In this document: positions 50,552 through 61,126 of the stretch, piece by piece
How positions within the stretch are numbered: the stretch's first letter is position 1
Layout of the letters: the number at the start of each line of letters is the position of its first letter
Source of the DNA: Parcubacteria group bacterium Gr01-1014_8
GTDB taxonomy: Bacteria; Patescibacteriota; Minisyncoccia; Phycocordibacterales; UBA2100
DNA length: 64,000 bases
Assembly: GCA_007376385.1 (NCBI GenBank)
Contig: VMGC01000004.1
Coordinates: 32,001 to 96,000 of the forward strand
Direction of reading: 5' to 3'
The notes under the pieces: model-generated
Seen by the model: only the letters and a program-made list of their open reading frames with translations
Database searches by the model: none
Told to the model about the DNA's origin: nothing
Program-made: the position numbers and the translations under genes

Positions 50552-51301
50552 ATGTTTGAACTACTCGCAGGCGTTGTTGTACTCATCGTGGTCGCGGTTC
50601 TTGTTTTGCGCCAGGTAAACCAATACGAAGGGGGAGTGATGTTCACCATGGGCAAATTTGTCGGCGTAAAAGCGCCGGGCTGGAGAATTGTCGTCCCGAT
50701 ATTTCAGCAGATGAAGAAAGTGGACATGCGCGTGAAAGCCGTGGACGTGCCAGAACAAAAGGCGATAACGAAAGACAATATCGCAGTCGGAGTAAATGCA
50801 GTCATCTATTATCGCGTGATAGACGCCGCGAAAGCAATACTCGAAGTCGAGAATTTTATTTATGCGATGAGCCAGCTAGCGCAGACAACGATGCGAAATG
50901 CGGTTGGTGAAGTCGAACTCGACGACCTGCTTTCCCAACGCGACAAAATTTCAGAACGCATAAGCAATGTCGTGGATAGCGCGAGCGAGTTATGGGGCAT
51001 CAAAGTTTCGAACGTGGAGTTGAAAGATATTGCGCTCCCGGCCGATATGGAACGAACCATCGCAAAGCAAGCAGAGGCAGAACGTGAGAAGCGCGCCGTT
51101 ATCATCAAGGCAGAAGGGGAGGTAATGGCGGCAGAGAATATGGCAAAAGCAGCCACTATGCTGGCTGCGGCCCCTGGGGCATTGCATTTGCGAACGCTCC
51201 AGTCCATTAACGATATTTCATCTGACCAATCCAACACTGTTGTATTCGCAGTGCCGCTTGAAGTTTTGCGTGCGCTTGATGTGTTGGGCAAGAAATCATA
51301 A
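50552..51301 (+). CDS. SPFH/Band-7 (stomatin/prohibitin-like) membrane protein
   Basis: N-terminal TM helix, SPFH core, and a C-terminal Ala/Glu-rich coiled coil (AKQAEAEREKRA). Confidence 0.8.
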   Translation: MFELLAGVVVLIVVAVLVLRQVNQYEGGVMFTMGKFVGVKAPGWRIVVPIFQQMKKVDMRVKAVDVPEQKAITKDNIAVGVNAVIYYRVIDAAKAILEVENFIYAMSQLAQTTMRNAVGEVELDDLLSQRDKISERISNVVDSASELWGIKVSNVELKDIALPADMERTIAKQAEAEREKRAVIIKAEGEVMAAENMAKAATMLAAAPGALHLRTLQSINDISSDQSNTVVFAVPLEVLRALDVLGKKS

Positions 51302-51349
51302 GGGGGATAGGATCTATCCCAATAATGGCAATGTCGCACAATATATCTT

Positions 51350-52054
51350 TTGCGACACGTAGCCTGGGCAAACGGCTGCCCTGGGGTCTCCCCCGGGTTC
51401 CGGTATAATTTCGAGGTGACGTATGCCATACGTGTCAGAGACGTTCTTTCAACATCTGAACGTCGGATATTTTCCCGCCTCTCTTCCCCGCGGAAGCTTC
51501 AGGATTTCTTAGAATCTATTCCGATCAATTTTGAGCAAAAAGGAGAAACCAACCACTCCCCCGAAAACGTCCTAAAAACCGGGGAAGCCCATTGTTTTGA
51601 AGCGGCTGTATTTGCCGCCGCGGTACTTGCCTACCATGGCCGGAAGCCTCTCCTCATGGATTTTGCGACTGCATATGACGATGAAGACCATACAGTTGCC
51701 CTTTTTCGAGAAAGCGGCCTCTGGGGCGCGATCAGTAAGACAAACCATGCAGTACTACGCTACCGAGATGCTGTTTATAGGACTCCGCGCGAACTCGCAC
51801 TGTCTTATTTCCACGAATACTATATGTGGGATGGCAGAAAGTCTTTGCGCGCTTTTTCTAAGCCGTTTGACGTATCTCGCTATGCGCCTGAAAAATGGAT
51901 AACGACGGAAACGAGCCTAGACTGGCTCATGGATAGAATTTCCAAGTCTCCCTATTATGCGATGGCGCCGGAAAAAGCTCTTAAAAAGCTTCGACCTGCC
52001 TCGCCTATCGAACTTCGTGCGCTGAAACTGACAGAATGGAAAAAGAAAGTCTAG
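51350..52054 (+). CDS. Hypothetical protein with possible transglutaminase-like Cys-His core
   Basis: GEAHCFEAAVFAAAVL ... H ... D arrangement resembles the papain/transglutaminase-like fold. N-terminal extent is uncertain. Confidence 0.35.
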   Translation: MRHVAWANGCPGVSPGFRYNFEVTYAIRVRDVLSTSERRIFSRLSSPRKLQDFLESIPINFEQKGETNHSPENVLKTGEAHCFEAAVFAAAVLAYHGRKPLLMDFATAYDDEDHTVALFRESGLWGAISKTNHAVLRYRDAVYRTPRELALSYFHEYYMWDGRKSLRAFSKPFDVSRYAPEKWITTETSLDWLMDRISKSPYYAMAPEKALKKLRPASPIELRALKLTEWKKKV

Positions 52055-53316
52055 AGATAATCCAATGGATTCAAATACCCTCCTACAGCTGAAACCGGAA
52101 TGGTTGCCTTCCCACATGGAGTATTCGTACCAAGCTGGCGTACCTGCACCGCGTCAGAAGCATATACGGTGAAGTGCAAGTGCGGGCCGGTCGCATATCC
52201 CGTATTGCCAGAGTACCCTATCGCCTGCCCGGTAGAAACGGATTGTCCTTGACTCACATTTATTTGCGACAGGTGCGCATAGAGCGTCGTAAGTCCGTTG
52301 CCATGTTTTATCAGCACCCATTTTCCATATGAGTAACAACCTCTTACAGCGTCAGAATTGCCAGTTCCGATAACGTCTCCCGAAAGAGCGGTTTTTACAG
52401 GCGTACCGATAGATGCACGAAAATCCACACCGTTGTGGCCTTTTCCGCTGTATGCTCCGCTGCGTGCGAAATCCGTATTTCCGAAGTTTTGCGTGATTGT
52501 CACGCTATCCAGGGGCCAGCGCAGGATTCCCTTCCCGGATGGTGGCAAAAGCTTCGGGTTCAGTGTGTATTGGAGTTTTGATTCCAGTTCGTTCAGAGAT
52601 TTCTCGAACGTTGCTTTGGCTGTACGTTTTGCTTCCAGAATTGCTTGGTAGTTTGCCTCTTGTGATTTTGTTTGCGCGAGAAGCGCGTTCTGCTCGCGTC
52701 TCGTCACGTCCAAGGATTCCTGTTGCGAGGCCAACGTCTCCTTCTGACTGACAAGTTGCTGACGTTTTTTGTCAGATTCATCACGCGATACAGTCAGTTC
52801 TTCCTTGGCTGCCATCATTGAATCAATATGTTCGTTCACGGCATCCTGGAACGAACGGTTGGTCTCCAAGTCGTCCCACAGAGCGGATATAGAGTCGCTC
52901 GTAAGCACTTGTTCAATAAGCGTCACGTTTTCTTGTTGATTCATGGACTGAATGGCCTGAGTCAAACCCTCTTCATCCCGATGTATCGCGGTCTCTTTAT
53001 CAACGATAGAACCGTCGAGCCGTTTGATCTCCAACTCTGTCGTAGCAATGTTTGCCTTAGTAACGTTTATCTTTGCGTTTAATTGTTTACGCTGAAGGTC
53101 AAGGATAGAGACTGTATTTTGCAGTGTTTGTTTCTTCGCACCGACTTCCTGCAGCTGCTTTTCAAAAGCGGCAATTTCTCTGTTGAGTTGTTGAATGTGC
53201 GAATTTTGCGAATTTATCTGGTTCTGCAATTGATCGGCCGTTTGAGCAGACAACACGAAAGGCGTACTGGCAAGTACCGCCAGTGCAAGCATGAAGATAC
53301 CGCCTCGTACGTGCAT
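52051..53316 (-). CDS. M23-family peptidoglycan metalloendopeptidase with N-terminal coiled coil (EnvC-like)
   Basis: Signal peptide and a long coiled coil. C-terminal M23 motifs HNGVDF and HLHFTVY. Confidence 0.8.
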   Translation of the reverse strand: MHVRGGIFMLALAVLASTPFVLSAQTADQLQNQINSQNSHIQQLNREIAAFEKQLQEVGAKKQTLQNTVSILDLQRKQLNAKINVTKANIATTELEIKRLDGSIVDKETAIHRDEEGLTQAIQSMNQQENVTLIEQVLTSDSISALWDDLETNRSFQDAVNEHIDSMMAAKEELTVSRDESDKKRQQLVSQKETLASQQESLDVTRREQNALLAQTKSQEANYQAILEAKRTAKATFEKSLNELESKLQYTLNPKLLPPSGKGILRWPLDSVTITQNFGNTDFARSGAYSGKGHNGVDFRASIGTPVKTALSGDVIGTGNSDAVRGCYSYGKWVLIKHGNGLTTLYAHLSQINVSQGQSVSTGQAIGYSGNTGYATGPHLHFTVYASDAVQVRQLGTNTPCGKATIPVSAVGGYLNPLDYL

Positions 53317-53318
53317 AA

Positions 53319-54650
53319 TTACGAAAGAGAAGCTATGGCTTTGCTGACGCGCCGCACTGTCTCATCCTTACCGAGGATCGAAGCAACAAGAAAAGGGTCC
53401 GGTGACTGTTCTTTGCCGGTAAGAGAGTATCGAAAAGGCCAAAGAACTGCTCCCCTTCCCTCTTTAGTGGCGTAGGGCCAAAGCGCATCTTTTATCGAGG
53501 ATACGTCGAATACATTCAACGCTTCAAGCAGAGTCTTGATATCCCTAAGATGCTCGGCAGTTTTTGCGGCGCTGATCTTCTTCATTGGAATGAGATGTGC
53601 CTCTACTGAGGGCTGAACGAAGAAATAGTCGTATTCGCCGTTCATTGATTGTTCGTGAATGTCGCTCCATACAGAAATTCGCTCGCGAACAAGCGGAATG
53701 ATCTTTTTTGCAATGGATTCGTTCCAGTTCAAATGCGTAAGTGAATTTTCAAGCCACGACAGAGCCTCTGATGCGAACGCACTATCTGATAGTTTCAACA
53801 TATATTCGCGATTGAACCATCGCAATTTCTCAACATCGAAGACTGCTCCGCTTTTGTGCAGATCTGATAGTTCGAATTCCTGTACCATCTCATCGAGCGA
53901 CAATACTTCCCTTCCTGACGGCGCAGTCCACCCCAGCGTCGCTAGGTAGTTCAAGAGCGCTTGGGGCAGATATCCCTTTTCCCTGTAATTCTTTACAGCA
54001 ACGTCGCCCTTTCGCTTGGATAATTTTGCCCGGTCGAGGCTCAGGTGCAGAGGATAATGGGCGTACATGGGTCTTTTCGCGCCGAGTGCTTCTTGAATGA
54101 GAATTTGACGCGGCGTATTAGATATATGGTCCTCCCCTCTGATAACGTGCGTAATTCCCATAGCCGCATCGTCAACCACGACGGCAAGATGATACAGCGG
54201 GTCGTCCTTGGAGCGAGCGATGACAAAGTCTTTAAGCTCCGTTGTGTCAAACGATATATCGCCGCGTATGACATCAGTAAACGTGATAGTTTTGCCGGAA
54301 TTCCGCAATCGAATAACGCTCACCATTGTACCGGGGTCCTTCTTACTCTCTTCGTCCGATACGTATGCTTTATCTTCATCAATAAGTTTTTCTATTTCAG
54401 CGCGATACACGTCGATCCTCTCGGATTGTCTATGAAATTCGTCCCATGAAAGCCCAAGCCACGTGAGCGAATCTTTGATGTCATCCTCGAATTCTCGGGT
54501 ACTTCGTTCTTTGTCCGTATCCTCTGAGCGAAAAATGATGGTGCCATTGTTTTTTCGCGCAAACAAATAATTCACGATGGCCATACGCGCAGTACCTACG
54601 TGGCAGAACCCGGTCGGGCTCGGCGGAAATCTAACCCGCACGGAATTCAT
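53319..54650 (-). CDS. gltX: Glutamyl-tRNA synthetase
   Basis: RFPPSPTGFCHVGTAR (HIGH-type) and KLSKRKG (KMSKS). Confidence 0.9.
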   Translation of the reverse strand: MNSVRVRFPPSPTGFCHVGTARMAIVNYLFARKNNGTIIFRSEDTDKERSTREFEDDIKDSLTWLGLSWDEFHRQSERIDVYRAEIEKLIDEDKAYVSDEESKKDPGTMVSVIRLRNSGKTITFTDVIRGDISFDTTELKDFVIARSKDDPLYHLAVVVDDAAMGITHVIRGEDHISNTPRQILIQEALGAKRPMYAHYPLHLSLDRAKLSKRKGDVAVKNYREKGYLPQALLNYLATLGWTAPSGREVLSLDEMVQEFELSDLHKSGAVFDVEKLRWFNREYMLKLSDSAFASEALSWLENSLTHLNWNESIAKKIIPLVRERISVWSDIHEQSMNGEYDYFFVQPSVEAHLIPMKKISAAKTAEHLRDIKTLLEALNVFDVSSIKDALWPYATKEGRGAVLWPFRYSLTGKEQSPDPFLVASILGKDETVRRVSKAIASLS

Positions 54651-54749
54651 ACCCCGTGAGAGAGATTACGCGAGCTTATGCAACAAACTCTCGGGATATT
54701 GAATTGAATGAATAGTATTGTCATATCTATTATTTTTTCTCTCATGGGG

Positions 54750-55889
54750 TCATAGCGGCTCGTGGGAGAGCGCGGTCTCGAGAAGAATGGTCGCAAGCTT
54801 CCCTCCCGCATCGGGTCGTGCAAATTGTGCGGCCGCGGCGGACATCTTCGCCCGAGTCATCTCATCGTTCATTACTCTGTCTATTTCTGCAGCAAGGAGA
54901 TGCGGCGTCAAATTCTTTTGATCAACGACAACAGATGCTCCCGTTCTTGCATATGAGAACGCATTCTCCGTCTGATCATTTGAGATCTCCTTTGGGAGAG
55001 GAATAATGATGCTCGGCAATTTCCACGATGCTATTTCAAAAATGGTGCCGGACCCCGCTCGGGCAACAACGAGCGATGCAATTCCCGCTGTCATTCGCAG
55101 AGCAAGCGTGTTTAGCAGTCCGAATGTACGGTAGCGTTCTTTGTACGGCGAATCTTTGAGGATGACGTTAGCTATCCCATTCAATTCTTCAAGATTAGAT
55201 TTTCCGGTTTGGTGAACGACATTATATTTAGAGAGCAAGTCGGGGAGAGCGTTGAGTACGGCCTCATTTATTGCCTGTGCTCCCTGCGAGCCTCCCATGA
55301 TAAAGACTGTCGCTCGCGGCTGAAGTTTGAGAAATTCATATCCGCCCTCTTTCGTCGGATTCTCTATCTCTTTTCGTATCGGGTGTCCAATGAGAGCAAT
55401 GCGCGACTTCACTTTCGATGAATATTGCGCAACAGCTTCTGGATGAGCAACGGCGACCCATTTGGCGAATTTCGATGACCACAACGAGACTCGTCCGGGC
55501 TTTGCGTCTGCGTCGTATATGACAACCGGAATGTTTAAGGTGCGCGCTGCGTAGAGAGTCGGAAACGCCGCGTAACCGCCGGTAGAAAAGACGACATCAG
55601 GATAGATTGAAAATAATTGGAAAATTGATTTGATTATGCCGACGAACGTCTTGAAAACGTCAAACACGTTAAGAATGCTCGGATATGTGCGCAACTTTCC
55701 TGCAGGCGAAGGCCGATAGGAAATATCATGCTCGACAAGCGCTGCGTCATCAAACGCAGGCGGACCAATGTAGAAAAATTCAGGCGAAACAAGCCGCCGC
55801 GCATCCACGAGATCCTCAATGTGCTCCGCAACTGCAATGAGGGGATAAAAATGTCCGCCAGAGCCCCCTCCCGTGAAGACGATGCGCAT
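54750..55889 (-). CDS. murG: Undecaprenyl-PP-MurNAc-pentapeptide N-acetylglucosaminyltransferase
   Basis: N-terminal GGGSGGHFYP motif and C-terminal GT-B domain. Confidence 0.9.
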   Translation of the reverse strand: MRIVFTGGGSGGHFYPLIAVAEHIEDLVDARRLVSPEFFYIGPPAFDDAALVEHDISYRPSPAGKLRTYPSILNVFDVFKTFVGIIKSIFQLFSIYPDVVFSTGGYAAFPTLYAARTLNIPVVIYDADAKPGRVSLWSSKFAKWVAVAHPEAVAQYSSKVKSRIALIGHPIRKEIENPTKEGGYEFLKLQPRATVFIMGGSQGAQAINEAVLNALPDLLSKYNVVHQTGKSNLEELNGIANVILKDSPYKERYRTFGLLNTLALRMTAGIASLVVARAGSGTIFEIASWKLPSIIIPLPKEISNDQTENAFSYARTGASVVVDQKNLTPHLLAAEIDRVMNDEMTRAKMSAAAAQFARPDAGGKLATILLETALSHEPL

Positions 55890-55928
55890 AGTGGCTTAAA
55901 GTTTACCACGTTCCTCTCTCCTGAGGAC

Positions 55929-57023
55929 TTATTTCTTTGGCCTATATCTGGATATACCGAGCAAAATGCCGGCACTGCCCAGAGAGACAAGCATGGCAGA
56001 ACCACCCTGACTTATAAACGTCAACGGAATCCCGGTTAACGGGGCAAGACCAAGCATTGAACCAATATTTATAAATGCCTCGCTGACGAAATATGTTGAA
56101 ATGCCGACGGCAGCAAGCGCTCCGAAATAATCAGGCGCACGAGCAGCTACCGCAAAACCGCGCAGGGCGAGTAGTAAAAATACTCCTATGATGGCGCTTC
56201 CGCCGATAAAACCGATCTCCTCGGCCGCAACAGCAAATATTGAATCCCCCATCGGTTCAGGCAGATACGTAAATTTCTGAACGCTCTGGCCAAATCCGCG
56301 TCCAAAGACGCCGCCCGAACCTATCGCAATGAGGGACTGTTTTATTTGATAGCCTTCCGCGAGAGGATTTTCAGCGGGATTAATGAATGTCGTAACCCTA
56401 TCGAGCATGTACGGTCTTAGGTATGCAAGGCCCCCGAGCATGATGACGCCGATTGCGCCGATAATCGCGATATCACGTAATCGTGCGCCTGCCGCTACAT
56501 ATACTGCAAGTGCAGCGATACAGATGACGCCGAGCGTGCCTATATCGGGCTGTATGACAAGCAATAGAGTCGGCGGCGCAAGTATCGCCGCAAACGCGGC
56601 AAGACCTCGCCATGAACCGCTCTCCCCTCTCAATGTCGAGAAGTAGGAAGCAACCATAAGAATAGTCGCAATTTTAAGCGCTTCCGAAGGTTGAAACGTG
56701 AAGCCGAGTATCTCAATCCACCGTCTCCCGCCGCCGTGCATAAAGCCGACGTGCGGCACGAAAACGAGTGCCGTCAGCAACAGCGCACATCCATACAGAT
56801 ATGGCGCCCATACCCGCCATCTGCGATATTCAATGAACGTGGTAGCCGCGAGCGCTGCGAGACCAAGACTCACCCCAAGAACTAAGTGGTTAAAAACGAC
56901 TGACGAAATGTGCGATGCTCCGCGTGCGAGAAGACCGAACGCCGCTGATATGAATACGCCAGCGCCGCCGACTACGAGTACAGCAATAATACTAGCGAGA
57001 GGTTTGTCGATATGTGCTTTCAT
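55929..57023 (-). CDS. ftsW: SEDS-family peptidoglycan glycosyltransferase (FtsW/RodA)
   Basis: 10-TM SEDS pattern. Start taken at the ATG overlapping the upstream gene's stop. Confidence 0.8.
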   Translation of the reverse strand: MKAHIDKPLASIIAVLVVGGAGVFISAAFGLLARGASHISSVVFNHLVLGVSLGLAALAATTFIEYRRWRVWAPYLYGCALLLTALVFVPHVGFMHGGGRRWIEILGFTFQPSEALKIATILMVASYFSTLRGESGSWRGLAAFAAILAPPTLLLVIQPDIGTLGVICIAALAVYVAAGARLRDIAIIGAIGVIMLGGLAYLRPYMLDRVTTFINPAENPLAEGYQIKQSLIAIGSGGVFGRGFGQSVQKFTYLPEPMGDSIFAVAAEEIGFIGGSAIIGVFLLLALRGFAVAARAPDYFGALAAVGISTYFVSEAFINIGSMLGLAPLTGIPLTFISQGGSAMLVSLGSAGILLGISRYRPKK

Positions 57024-57024
57024 G

Positions 57025-58533
57025 TCATCCGAGTGATTTTCGATACTTTGCCGCTGCAAGAGCATCGTCAGCGAATTCACTATTACCTTTCCAGAGATGG
57101 TAGATGTTCGATGTGTGGTTTCGATGCAGGAAATGCCGCTGCTTCTCCGGGCCAAGATCTTTTTCCACATACTCTTCAATGAGGGAAATATCTTCCGCGA
57201 GTACATTAAATCGAGCATCTCCGCCCATAAGCAGTTCTAAGTTTTCCTTATTCAAAAACTTACCCGCGTGGACGAGGTCCTTTTTAAGATTTACATACAA
57301 CCGCTCTAATAAGTTCATGATGCCCATCTCACGAGCGATCTTTAGCGCTCTTCCCGTAGCTATCAGCTCTGGCGGAATACCAAGGGAATAGAATGCGCCG
57401 GTGAATTTAATGGCTCTCGGCAGTTGAATCCCGCCAACACCGCGTGAATATCCGAAGAGTCCGATGTGCTGCGCCCTCTCACGATGACTCGGCAGTGCAG
57501 ACGCTACATCGTTTATGACATCCGCAAGCGGCGTTATTGTGTCAGTAAAAAAACGAGCTGCCCGAGCATTGAACAGAGAGATTTTTTCGCTGTCCTTCTC
57601 GTTCACTTTTTCATACCTGTCGATATTCTTAGGGATTTCTTTGTTGAGTTTTCGTATGGCTTTTTTCACGTCATCCAGCGGGTAATCCGAGCGAAAGGCT
57701 GATTGGATCGTCAACGACTGGGCACCTGTATACTGCTCTATGGTTTCGTCAACATATTCCGGGTTTATCCCTCCTCTGAACGGTAAGCTGCCGCCGCCAA
57801 CCCACGGATACATGCGTATACCTCGTTTTTCTCCTAGCTCATGTGAATCTGCAATAAGTTTCTTGACTGCGAGCACGGTCGGCAAAAGCCCCGCGTTCAT
57901 TGCCGGATCGGAGCGCGCTATAAAGACGCGAAAGTACTCTGGGACAAGAGCATGAGTGTCTCGCAGATAATCGAGATAATCACTCATGATGCGGGGAGCC
58001 TCTTCCATGGTCTCAACGCTTTCAAATAGCGGTATAACGTCGAGAAATTTGAATTCGCTTGGCATATCAAAAATACTTTCTGCAGCTTCCGCTATTCTAT
58101 GGAATCGCTCCTGCATCTGTTTGAGTTGCTCTGCAGAAGTCGTCATGGGCAAGATGAGTTCAAATATCGGAGGAATATGGAAACCGTATTGCCTCGCGGC
58201 ATGTTCGGCCGCAAATACGTTGATAAGGCTCCGCGGAAGCCGGTGTGTTTTCTCGACCCAAACATTTGGAATGCGAAACGTGAGAAATATGTTCTTGCCA
58301 ATTTGATGTTTCTTGAAATAGTCAAAATAGTTTTGGTACAGCCGGTCAATAACCGCCTCATCAACCAACTTTCCTTCCCAATCCCACATGTACTCGTGCA
58401 CTCCGAGCTCGGAAAAACATCGGTAGCATTCATCAATTTCCTCACTTGACGCAACAAACCGCTTCCCCGTAAAGGGTGACGGGCATGCGTTATCAGGATG
58501 CTGGGTGGCCATCGTGACGGGGATAGTGCGCAT
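57025..58533 (-). CDS. Archaeal-type phosphoenolpyruvate carboxylase
   Basis: N-terminal IPVTMATQHPDN matches the atPEPC signature start (…MSTQHPDN). Length is about 500 aa. Confidence 0.75.
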   Translation of the reverse strand: MRTIPVTMATQHPDNACPSPFTGKRFVASSEEIDECYRCFSELGVHEYMWDWEGKLVDEAVIDRLYQNYFDYFKKHQIGKNIFLTFRIPNVWVEKTHRLPRSLINVFAAEHAARQYGFHIPPIFELILPMTTSAEQLKQMQERFHRIAEAAESIFDMPSEFKFLDVIPLFESVETMEEAPRIMSDYLDYLRDTHALVPEYFRVFIARSDPAMNAGLLPTVLAVKKLIADSHELGEKRGIRMYPWVGGGSLPFRGGINPEYVDETIEQYTGAQSLTIQSAFRSDYPLDDVKKAIRKLNKEIPKNIDRYEKVNEKDSEKISLFNARAARFFTDTITPLADVINDVASALPSHRERAQHIGLFGYSRGVGGIQLPRAIKFTGAFYSLGIPPELIATGRALKIAREMGIMNLLERLYVNLKKDLVHAGKFLNKENLELLMGGDARFNVLAEDISLIEEYVEKDLGPEKQRHFLHRNHTSNIYHLWKGNSEFADDALAAAKYRKSLG

Positions 58534-58542
58534 ACAGATCGT

Positions 58543-59604
58543 TTATAGTGCTGATAGCGCCAAAATGACCCCAAGGAACGCAAATACGATGGAGAGTACC
58601 CAGTAACGCATGGCAACCTTATAGCCCGGCCAACCGATGGCTTCAAAGTGATGATGGAGAGGCGCGACGCGGAATATCTTCTTTCCGAGAAAGTATTTCG
58701 AGGTAACTTGGAGCACATTTGACCCCACAGTAATAACAAGAAGCCCTCCTATAATGGGAAGAACGGCGACGCCGACTCCTTCGCCCAAGCTATCTGTCAT
58801 GAATACGACAACAGCGAGCGCGAGTGTGAGCGCCATTGTTCCCGTATCGCTCATATAAAAACGCGCAGGCGGGATGTTGAACCACAAAAATGCGAGAAGT
58901 CCCCCGACCACGGACGCCGTAAATGCTGCGAGGTCTATCTGATTTTGCGCAAAAGCGATGACCGAATACGCCGCAAACACAGACATAAAAACACCGCCCG
59001 AGAGTCCGTCAATGCCATCAATGACCCCCGAGGCAAACAGAGCGAGGGAAAGCAGAACGAAAAAAGGAATAACAAGCCAGCCGATCTCGAGTGGTGAAGA
59101 GAAAGGAATATTTATCGTGTGAACATCAAGTTTTGCAAAAAACCATACGCCTATCATGGTCGACATGATGAGTACGACAACAAGTCGCACATTGAGAGGC
59201 AGCCCATCGCCAGACGGGCGTATGACAAGCACATCGTCGATGAATCCGGCGATACCGCCTATAACGAGCGCCGCGAGAGGTATCCACGTTTGATTTCGAC
59301 TTAAGAAATTGAGACTCGTTGTCACCGAGTCTTGAAAAAGACCTGCGAGACCAGCAAGACCAAGTATGGTAATAACGACGCTCCCCCACACGACGAGCCC
59401 GCCCATGCGCGGCGCTCTCTGTTCGTGGGCTTCGTGAAGCCTATTGAACTCAGATGCGACATTGCCATCAAGACCATTTTTCCCGGGTTTTTTTTTCCAC
59501 ATCCTGTGCTTGTAGAGATAGTGTGTCAGGATAGGTGTAATTGCCATCCCAACAACGAAGGTGGCGGCAGCCGGAACAAGAATGCGTACCGTATCGGACA
59601 ACAT
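58543..59604 (-). CDS. mraY: Phospho-N-acetylmuramoyl-pentapeptide transferase
   Basis: 10-TM MraY pattern with conserved DD and HHH-type loops. Confidence 0.9.
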   Translation of the reverse strand: MLSDTVRILVPAAATFVVGMAITPILTHYLYKHRMWKKKPGKNGLDGNVASEFNRLHEAHEQRAPRMGGLVVWGSVVITILGLAGLAGLFQDSVTTSLNFLSRNQTWIPLAALVIGGIAGFIDDVLVIRPSGDGLPLNVRLVVVLIMSTMIGVWFFAKLDVHTINIPFSSPLEIGWLVIPFFVLLSLALFASGVIDGIDGLSGGVFMSVFAAYSVIAFAQNQIDLAAFTASVVGGLLAFLWFNIPPARFYMSDTGTMALTLALAVVVFMTDSLGEGVGVAVLPIIGGLLVITVGSNVLQVTSKYFLGKKIFRVAPLHHHFEAIGWPGYKVAMRYWVLSIVFAFLGVILALSAL

Positions 59605-59624
59605 ATTTTCATTGTACCTCGCTG

Positions 59625-60599
59625 CTACAAGCTTTGCGCGATGGCTTTCGTGGCCCGGTCAACGAGACTGCGCATATCCTTAAATCGACCATCGTAGGAT
59701 GAGCCAAGCACCACAACAACAACGGGGTGACCCGGTCCCACCTCAAACACGACCACAACATTACCGCCTGCCAGATCCGTGTACCCTGTCTTGCCGAGCA
59801 CCAGCCCAGGAATATCCGGCAGAGCGTCATTCGTGTTAATAGTGGCGCTCGGACTGCCATTGAGCGGCCCAAGATCAGCATTCGGGTCGCTTGTCCCGGA
59901 AAATAGGTCCTGATCCACGGCCACAGCATGAGCAAAAAGTGTTGCGACATCTCGTGCTGAACCCATAGCGCCTGGCTGTGTCGTACCGATGTCCAGTCCG
60001 CTTGGATTAGCAAAGTATGTTTTTGCGAGGCCAAGTTCCTGAGCAAGTTTGTTCATCCTCCATACGGCGGTATTAGTATCCGGAGCGTCTGGATATTTTG
60101 CACGAAGCAGCGGCTCAGCGGCCTCCGCCAGGGCCTCTGCGCCCGCGTTCGATGAGCGTATAAGTGTAAAATCCACGAGGTCGCGAACTCTCCAGCTATC
60201 GCCCGTGCCGAGTCCGCCGCCCTCTCCTTTTTCCACTGCGTCTCGCGATATCGTAACCGTATCAAATGGCTGCAAGACTTCGGAAACTACAAGCATGAGG
60301 GGCACTTTCGTCAAAGACGCAAGCGGTAGCTGTGTCTCAGCATTTTTTTCGAAAAGCACGGCACGTTCATGCATGTCGTATACAAGAGCCGCCTTGGCCT
60401 CGAGCGAAACATCGCGAAATAGAGCGTGTGGCATCGCAACAGCTGCAGTTTGGTCAATACGAGTCTCTGAGGATCCAATTGACTGCATACCAACCAATAT
60501 CACAATGGTAGCCGTCAAAAAAAGAGATATGCTGGCAAGCCATTTCTCACGAGCTATTTCCATCGTTTTGCGAATGAGCGTTTTCATTGAAAATTTCAT
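59625..60599 (-). CDS. D-alanyl-D-alanine carboxypeptidase (S11, PBP5/6-like)
   Basis: SxxK (SLTK), SxN (SSN) and KTG (GKTGYT) motifs in the correct order. Confidence 0.75.
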   Translation of the reverse strand: MKFSMKTLIRKTMEIAREKWLASISLFLTATIVILVGMQSIGSSETRIDQTAAVAMPHALFRDVSLEAKAALVYDMHERAVLFEKNAETQLPLASLTKVPLMLVVSEVLQPFDTVTISRDAVEKGEGGGLGTGDSWRVRDLVDFTLIRSSNAGAEALAEAAEPLLRAKYPDAPDTNTAVWRMNKLAQELGLAKTYFANPSGLDIGTTQPGAMGSARDVATLFAHAVAVDQDLFSGTSDPNADLGPLNGSPSATINTNDALPDIPGLVLGKTGYTDLAGGNVVVVFEVGPGHPVVVVVLGSSYDGRFKDMRSLVDRATKAIAQSL

Positions 60600-61122
60600 T
60601 CTTGCTCTTAAAAGCCTTTAGTTCGCGAGCGATTGTATCATAGTCGGGTAATTTTTCCGTGTTTGCTACACCGAGATGGGCAAGAAGCTCGACTGTCGGC
60701 CGATACAGGTATTCTCTGCCGTCCTCGGGATTTCCTGCTCGTTCGGCAAGGCCCCGCGAAAGCAGCGTTCGGAGTGTTGACGAAGAATTCACGCCTCGAA
60801 TGTAATCAATGTCGGCTCGGGTGGACGGACCGTCGTATAAAAGGATCGTCAATACTTCGAGCCCCGCATCGCCTATTTCTCGTTCCTGCTCTTTCAGCTG
60901 GGCAGCAGCTACGGTGTCACGTATGCCGGCAGAAACGGCCAGCGCGACTTCTTTGTCAGTCCTGACGACAGTGAGCGGCGTATTCTTGAGCGTCTGTTCA
61001 AGTACGTTCAATGCACCAAGAAGCTCAGCCTGATCGCAGTCTAAGAATTGTGCCAATTTCTTCAGCGTCAGGGAATCGCCTTCTGCAAACAATAGTGCGT
61101 GAATTTTAGAAGCAAGGTCCAT
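60547..61122 (-). CDS. scpB: Segregation and condensation protein B
   Basis: Two winged-helix ScpB repeats (LLFAEGDSLTLKKLA...; ILLYDGPSTRADIDYIRGV). Confidence 0.8.
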   Translation of the reverse strand: MDLASKIHALLFAEGDSLTLKKLAQFLDCDQAELLGALNVLEQTLKNTPLTVVRTDKEVALAVSAGIRDTVAAAQLKEQEREIGDAGLEVLTILLYDGPSTRADIDYIRGVNSSSTLRTLLSRGLAERAGNPEDGREYLYRPTVELLAHLGVANTEKLPDYDTIARELKAFKSKNEIFNENAHSQNDGNSS

Positions 61123-61126
61123 ATGT

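Noticed and set aside
59625-61122. 53-nt overlap between scpB 3' end (60547) and the carboxypeptidase 5' end (60599) as evidence for a gene fusion
   Set aside because: More simply explained by the carboxypeptidase using an internal start (for example MKTLIRK or MEIAREKW); the ORF-track start is just the longest possible.
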